A DNA stretch of 32,000 bases from Phycisphaera mikurensis NBRC 102666. GTDB lineage: Bacteria; Planctomycetota; Phycisphaerae; Phycisphaerales; Phycisphaeraceae. Location: positions 3,690,001 to 3,722,000 of the forward strand of contig NC_017080.1 in NCBI RefSeq assembly GCF_000284115.1. The letters run 5' to 3'. Shown piece by piece: positions 28,401 through 32,000 of the stretch. The notes under the pieces were generated by a model, which saw only the letters and a program-made list of their open reading frames with translations, searched no databases and had not been told where the DNA came from. The translations under genes and the position numbers were made by a program. The stretch's first letter is position 1. The number at the start of each line of letters is the position of its first letter.

Positions 28401-31128
28401 GCTGATCTACCTCGCAGCGGCCGAGGAACGCGACCGGCGTGCTGCGGCCGCTCAGGTGGCACACCCCGAGCTTGGGCTTGACCTTGAGGGAACCACCGGG
28501 CAGGCAAACGCGGAAAGGGAGCGTCCGGCGTGACACGCCATCCACCTCGACATCGATCTTCACCCCCACCTCGCCGTAGCGCAAGCCCTCGAAGCCGACG
28601 ACCTCCGCCCGAAGCTTCGGTTCGAAGTCCGCTTCGAGCCGCGCCCGGCCGTGCGCCCCGTCGGCGCCCGTGAGCGACGCCGCGAGGCGCTGACCGTAGT
28701 GGCTGATGAAGGCTTCCACGCCGGGGTCCGCGGCCGCGGCACGACCGAGCGTTGCGGCGTCGGCGCCGCACTCGTCGGCCGACATTCGCTCGTCCATGAA
28801 CGGGAGCGTGTCCAGTTCCTCGCCGGCGGGGAAACTGGGGCTGTCCCCGACCGACGCTTCGACGAGCGTCTCCAGGCGGTCCACGCCGTTGAAGGCCTCC
28901 ACCCGCATCGTGACCCGGCCGTGGACCTGCGGGCGTCGGTCCAGCACCTCCACCGCTTCGACGGCGTACCCGTCACCGCACTCCGCCACCAGCCAGGCGT
29001 CGACAGCCGCCCGCACCGCCGCCTCCGGCGTCCGCAGAGCGTCAGCGGTGAGGTGACCGCCCTCGACGATCAGCCGTTCCATCGTTCGCACAAAGCCGGG
29101 GCGGCCGGGCCGATGGTCCTGCTCCCCGATCAGGGTCCGGCTGCCACGATCTCCAAAGTGGAGGTGCGTCCCCCGCCCCGAAGGCCCGACCGTCCGGTAC
29201 AGCCGAGCCCGCGGGTCGAAGTCCACCTCGTGCCCGAAGGCGCGGTAGGCGGCAAGGACCAGCTCCTCGGAATCCATCGTCGGCTCCACCTTTTCAAACT
29301 TGGGTGGTCGAGGCTGGTCGTCCTCGAGGTTCCCGGTGCCGAGGATGTCGTCCTTCCCGCTCACGACTTCGGCATAGATCTTCTTGGCCCGCTCCTGGCT
29401 CTCGAATTCTCTTCTGAAAGCCTCCGTTTGGTCGCTTTGGCGGAGCGAGCCCATCACGATCTCGCCGATCCGCTTCTCGAAACCCTCTCCATCCGGGTCG
29501 CCGTTGAAGTCGAGGATTGCCTCGATGTCGCCCAACGCTGCATTGACCCCCTCCAGCTTCAGGGTCAGCAGCTTGACCACCATCTCCTCGCTGGTTTCCT
29601 CCACCGCAAGGTTCACCACCTCCACCCGTTCGTATGTGGAGCCCATCCGCTGCACCCGCCCGATCCGCTGCTCCAGCACCATTGGGTTCCAGGGGAGGTC
29701 GAAGTTGAGGATGACGTTCCCGGCCTGCAGGTTGACGCCTTCCGCTCCGGAGTCGGTGGACACCAGAACGTGAATGGAGGGCGGCTTCCCCTCCTCCCCG
29801 GTGTAAGCCTCCACCGCCTTGGCATTGGCTTCCGGGGTACCCCCACGGATGAAGCCGTGCGACACCCCTCGCAGGCGCAGCATCCGACCGATCGCGTCCT
29901 GCGTCGCCACCCGCAGTGTGAACACCACCAGCCGCCAGTCCTCCGGCCGCTTGGCCGCGAGCTCATCCACCAACGCCAGAAGTCCCGCCATCTTGGAGGT
30001 CACCGGGTCGTTTTCGCACAGGTTGTAAGCTCGATCTTCCACCTGCTTCGTGGCCCAGTCGCCCTTGCTGTTGGCAACCTGCGTCGCGAGGGCGTGCGGG
30101 CTGCTCATCATCGCCCGGCAAAGCGACAGTGCTTCGAAGTAGGAGAGTGTCTCGCTGACCTCACGGACCAGCTTGATCATCTCCTTCTCCACCCGCCGCG
30201 GCTTGAGCGTCCGGCTCTCGATGTCGCGACTGGGGAAGTTCAGCTTCACGTCCACCCGCCGGGTCCGTCGGAGCGTCCTCCGCACCGCACCGTGGAATGC
30301 TTCTTCTTTGTCTGGACGCAGCCGCAAACCCCGCTGGCTCATGGCACCGTCGAGCAGGTACTCGAAACGGAAGTCGTCGATGTGCCCCAGCGGGTGCTGC
30401 CGTCCTTCCGCCGCGGCCGCGAGGTCGAGCAAGCTGTACAAGTCCGTGATCCGGTTCTGCATCGGCGTCGCCGTCAGCAGCAGCATGTGCGGAAAAAGCC
30501 GGTCCTTCAGCGCCTTCTGAATGTTCACCGCCATCTTCGGCGGCTTCGGCGTCCCGTGCAGGTTCCGGAGTTTGTGGGCCTCATCCAGAATGAGCATCTG
30601 GAACGCCCCCTCCGGGACGCTGCCGCGCTCGAGCACCCGGCTGATGGTGTGGTAGGTCGTCACCACCACCTCCGCCCGCTGGTTGCGGAGTTCGTATGTC
30701 AACTCAGAACCGGTGGCCGCGGTGGCCTTCAGCTTGAACTTCTTCCCGAGTTCCTCGACCCATTGCCTCTGGAGGATCTTCGGGCACACCACCAGCGTCC
30801 GCTGCACCCGCCCGCGAACCATCAGCTCACTGAGGATCATCCCGGCGCTGATCGTCTTTCCAAGCCCGACGTCATCCGCCAGCACCGCCACCGGCAGCCG
30901 CCGCAGCGACGCGATCAGATTCTCAACCTGGTGCTCGAAAGGATTCCAGTCCCGCTTCGGATCGTGGTACCAGCCGCCCTTGATGTCCTGCTCGCTGTGG
31001 AGCACGATCGGGTCCGCCAGCCCCCACTCAAGCGCCGCCCGCCGGAGCCGGTGCCATTGCCGCGACTCGCTCGCTTGGAGCACGGGCCGCTTCAGACTCA
31101 GTTCCGGCGGGGCGGATTGCAGGGCCAT
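25447..31128 (-). CDS. Giant SNF2/RapA-like helicase with ~890-residue C-terminal array of 15-residue Cys/Gly repeats
   Basis: Walker A LADDVGLGKT (~30.88 kb), DEAHKLRN, LLLTATPMQNRITDLYSLLDL, VLVSTDSGAEGVNLQ, LPWNPMVLEQRIGRVQRMGS. Then repeats such as LETCCVSGKRVVHACLETLSDDRVVLPEHAATCEESGDRVVASELEACAVTGRLVLPSLLKACDLSGKRVLPETLQ. One continuous ORF 25447..31221; internal start MALQSAPPEL (31128) chosen as more plausible. Confidence 0.93.
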   Translation of the reverse strand: MALQSAPPELSLKRPVLQASESRQWHRLRRAALEWGLADPIVLHSEQDIKGGWYHDPKRDWNPFEHQVENLIASLRRLPVAVLADDVGLGKTISAGMILSELMVRGRVQRTLVVCPKILQRQWVEELGKKFKLKATAATGSELTYELRNQRAEVVVTTYHTISRVLERGSVPEGAFQMLILDEAHKLRNLHGTPKPPKMAVNIQKALKDRLFPHMLLLTATPMQNRITDLYSLLDLAAAAEGRQHPLGHIDDFRFEYLLDGAMSQRGLRLRPDKEEAFHGAVRRTLRRTRRVDVKLNFPSRDIESRTLKPRRVEKEMIKLVREVSETLSYFEALSLCRAMMSSPHALATQVANSKGDWATKQVEDRAYNLCENDPVTSKMAGLLALVDELAAKRPEDWRLVVFTLRVATQDAIGRMLRLRGVSHGFIRGGTPEANAKAVEAYTGEEGKPPSIHVLVSTDSGAEGVNLQAGNVILNFDLPWNPMVLEQRIGRVQRMGSTYERVEVVNLAVEETSEEMVVKLLTLKLEGVNAALGDIEAILDFNGDPDGEGFEKRIGEIVMGSLRQSDQTEAFRREFESQERAKKIYAEVVSGKDDILGTGNLEDDQPRPPKFEKVEPTMDSEELVLAAYRAFGHEVDFDPRARLYRTVGPSGRGTHLHFGDRGSRTLIGEQDHRPGRPGFVRTMERLIVEGGHLTADALRTPEAAVRAAVDAWLVAECGDGYAVEAVEVLDRRPQVHGRVTMRVEAFNGVDRLETLVEASVGDSPSFPAGEELDTLPFMDERMSADECGADAATLGRAAAADPGVEAFISHYGQRLAASLTGADGAHGRARLEADFEPKLRAEVVGFEGLRYGEVGVKIDVEVDGVSRRTLPFRVCLPGGSLKVKPKLGVCHLSGRSTPVAFLGRCEVDQQSVLQHLLKVSDLSKRAAKPEHVGSCCVTDRTLLFEEMTHLADGRWAETSLTATCAVSGDAALEEELEPCDFTGDHVLPAWLAVSEISQKRYREDEGATCSASAATGHRSELFDCAVTGLPIAEHLAESCEVSGKRAGPGSLLTCDSSGKRLLPELTVDCAITGAVVEKSLTEKCRISGKRSLRTEMESHRGGFVDPAFLETCEASGDRVKLGSLLVCAASGKRVRPKLLQACAITGDRVLSSELVKLGTGERVRPEAAAVCAVSGERVIPGTLIACARTGRLVTPGLLGTCCVSGDRVLLDELVTLGDGRLALPEHLEACEASGRRFPASELVACAVTGKRVAPDLLVESDAPGERALAEALETVTDGRRFPPALVSACAISGERVPEAELKACAITGKQVHPRLLRACDVSGERVLAELLEGTSGGRHACPDLLGSCAITGARVPLDELETCAVTEQAVAPEQLETCCVSGKRVVHACLETLSDDRVVLPEHAATCEESGDRVVASELEACAVTGRLVLPSLLKACDLSGKRVLPETLQATTLGRHALPDLLGRCEVTQEPIPLGELEACEVTGQAVAPGQLGTCCASGKRVLPSRLEVLNEGRTALPEHVAACGMSGRRVLATELEACAVTGQRVLPECLRRCDLSGERVLPEELVEISGGRRVRPSLLRACARSGERVPPAELEPCEESGDLVLPRFLQACESTGRRVRVDLLATCAASGKRALRSLLVPSGLQGRPALVGELETCGESGRQVLPDELVTCAVLGDRIARDVASASEASGKLARTRLLVPCAVTGQHALPNELEACVCTGRKAMPSEMATSEQSGRRMLPGAAARATRGRTFHPDEVATCSWSGEVLPHEELGEDRLTGVVMSLRQLDSSGCCRAFLTFMNEPERGKDAANAIPWVEKHHAGTVGVPVAASRLAGPSKAQALRLETRALLGLKRIGFIGLLIRPDDSKTFELAGRFATFRRRGGRWEPDV
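25803..28463 (-). repeat. Protein-level repeat region: ~60 x 15-aa units (45-bp period)
   Basis: Consensus C-x-x-[ST]-G-x-R-V-L-P-x-x-L-x-x, from GVCHLSGRSTPV to CSWSGEVLPHEEL. Cys recurs every 15 residues, with 14-residue xxxGRxxLPxxLxx units at intervals. Confidence 0.93.
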
Positions 31129-31404
31129 GGAAACATTCTGCCATGACGCACCGAAGTCGCAGCGCGGTAAATCGCAATAGCAAAGCGGCTTTGGACACCC
31201 CGTTGTCCAGCCCACCGGCACCGGGTTTCCGCTGCCGGAACCATATTGTGCTGAGGCTACGTCCCGCCGCTTGCCCTCACCGCGTCGACCGCTTCCTCGC
31301 CGGCGCAGCGTGCCGCCTCCCGCTACGCGCCGCGGACGGTGCGCGGAAACGCCGCCAACCTTCGATGGTCCGCGACGTCCGGAGGAGCTTGCTGATCCCG
31401 GCGC

Positions 31405-32000
31405 TCAGGCGGCGAGGCGGACGGGGGGGGTCTGCTCGGTCTCGGGGCGGACCTGGTTGGCGGGGGCGGCGGGGGCGGCGGCCTGGAGGTAGGTGCTCAC
31501 GGGGTCGCTCCAGGGGCCGGCTTGCTGCTTGCCGTTGACCCAGGCGGCGCGGAGCCACACGCGGGTGCCGCCGGGGGCGGAGGCGGGGAAGGAGACCTCC
31601 GACTGGTACTTGGTGGTCGCGCCCTCGAAGGACCAGCCCGCCGGGTCGGCGGGGGTCTGGTCGCCCACGAAGGTCTGCACCCACGCGGCCACGGCGCCCG
31701 GGGCCTTGCCGCGCTTGCTGGCGGTGTGGGGGTCGAAGAGGCGGAGCGTCACCTCGCGGCCGCGGACGGCGCCGACGATGGCCGAGGGCGCCGCGCTGGG
31801 CACCGGCACCGGCGTGGCGCCGTTGCGGAGGCGGATGCCCAGCCGCACCTTGAGCTGGTCGCTCACGTCGCTGTTGGCGGCGACGGTCGCGTACAGCTCG
31901 CGGCCGACCTTCAGCAGCGCGTCGCGGGCGGTGTCGCGGGCGGCGGTCTGCTGCTTGGAGCGCAGGCCCTGGGACCGCTGCACCTCCAGATCGGTCGCCG
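31405..32000 (-). CDS. Hypothetical protein (partial, extends beyond window)
   Basis: Reading is open to the window edge: ATDLEVQRSQGLRSKQQTAARDTARDALLKVGRELYATVAANSDVSDQLKVRLGIRLRNGATPVPVPSAAPSAIVG.... The GTG called at 31983 is probably internal. Confidence 0.6.
   Translation of the reverse strand, partial: ATDLEVQRSQGLRSKQQTAARDTARDALLKVGRELYATVAANSDVSDQLKVRLGIRLRNGATPVPVPSAAPSAIVGAVRGREVTLRLFDPHTASKRGKAPGAVAAWVQTFVGDQTPADPAGWSFEGATTKYQSEVSFPASAPGGTRVWLRAAWVNGKQQAGPWSDPVSTYLQAAAPAAPANQVRPETEQTPPVRLAA

Noticed and set aside
26566-31146. Long plus-strand ORFs 26566..27432, 27451..28533 and 28651..31146
   Set aside because: Antisense shadows of the helicase gene, without motifs.
1-32000. 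tRNA, rRNA or intact IS/transposase genes
   Set aside because: None recognised by eye: no conserved rRNA segments, no tRNA-like cloverleaf with a TTCRANNC box noticed, and no transposase/integrase motifs in any listed ORF. tRNAscan-SE and ISfinder searches would be needed to exclude them.

Overview
GC-rich bacterial chromosome segment. PEP-CTERM and dockerin-like proteins, a pseudopilin-like protein and the overall coding style suggest a Planctomycetota/Phycisphaerae-like host (inference). Supported genes: a GTPase (DUF3482-like, partial), a SpoIIE/RsbU-type PP2C phosphatase, a DUF2868-like membrane protein, a SprT-like metalloprotease, an aldo/keto reductase, an orphan beta-type DNA methyltransferase, a subtilase fragment, a stand-alone PhoB-type wHTH protein, a type II secretion/pilin-like protein, a PstS-like + dockerin-like + PEP-CTERM fusion, a small PEP-CTERM paralogue of its C-terminus, a Gfo/Idh/MocA oxidoreductase, a SNF2 helicase with a SWIM zinc-finger partner carrying an H1-like tail, a DUF262+HNH (GmrSD/SspE-like) protein, a truncated McrB/EVE-like gene, another PEP-CTERM protein and a secreted hypothetical. 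The standout is a ~1,890-aa SNF2/RapA-like helicase (25447..31128, minus). About half of it is ~60 consecutive 15-residue Cys/Gly repeats (C-x-x-[ST]-G-x-R-V-x-x-x-x-L-x-x), part of which is organised in a 118-residue, 8-unit super-period. A second unusual element is a ~0.9 kb non-coding array at 21.9-22.8 kb, made of ~145-bp elements bounded by 27-nt inverted repeats in higher-order tandem arrangement. Many long ORFs in the supplied track are GC-driven shadow frames and were rejected.
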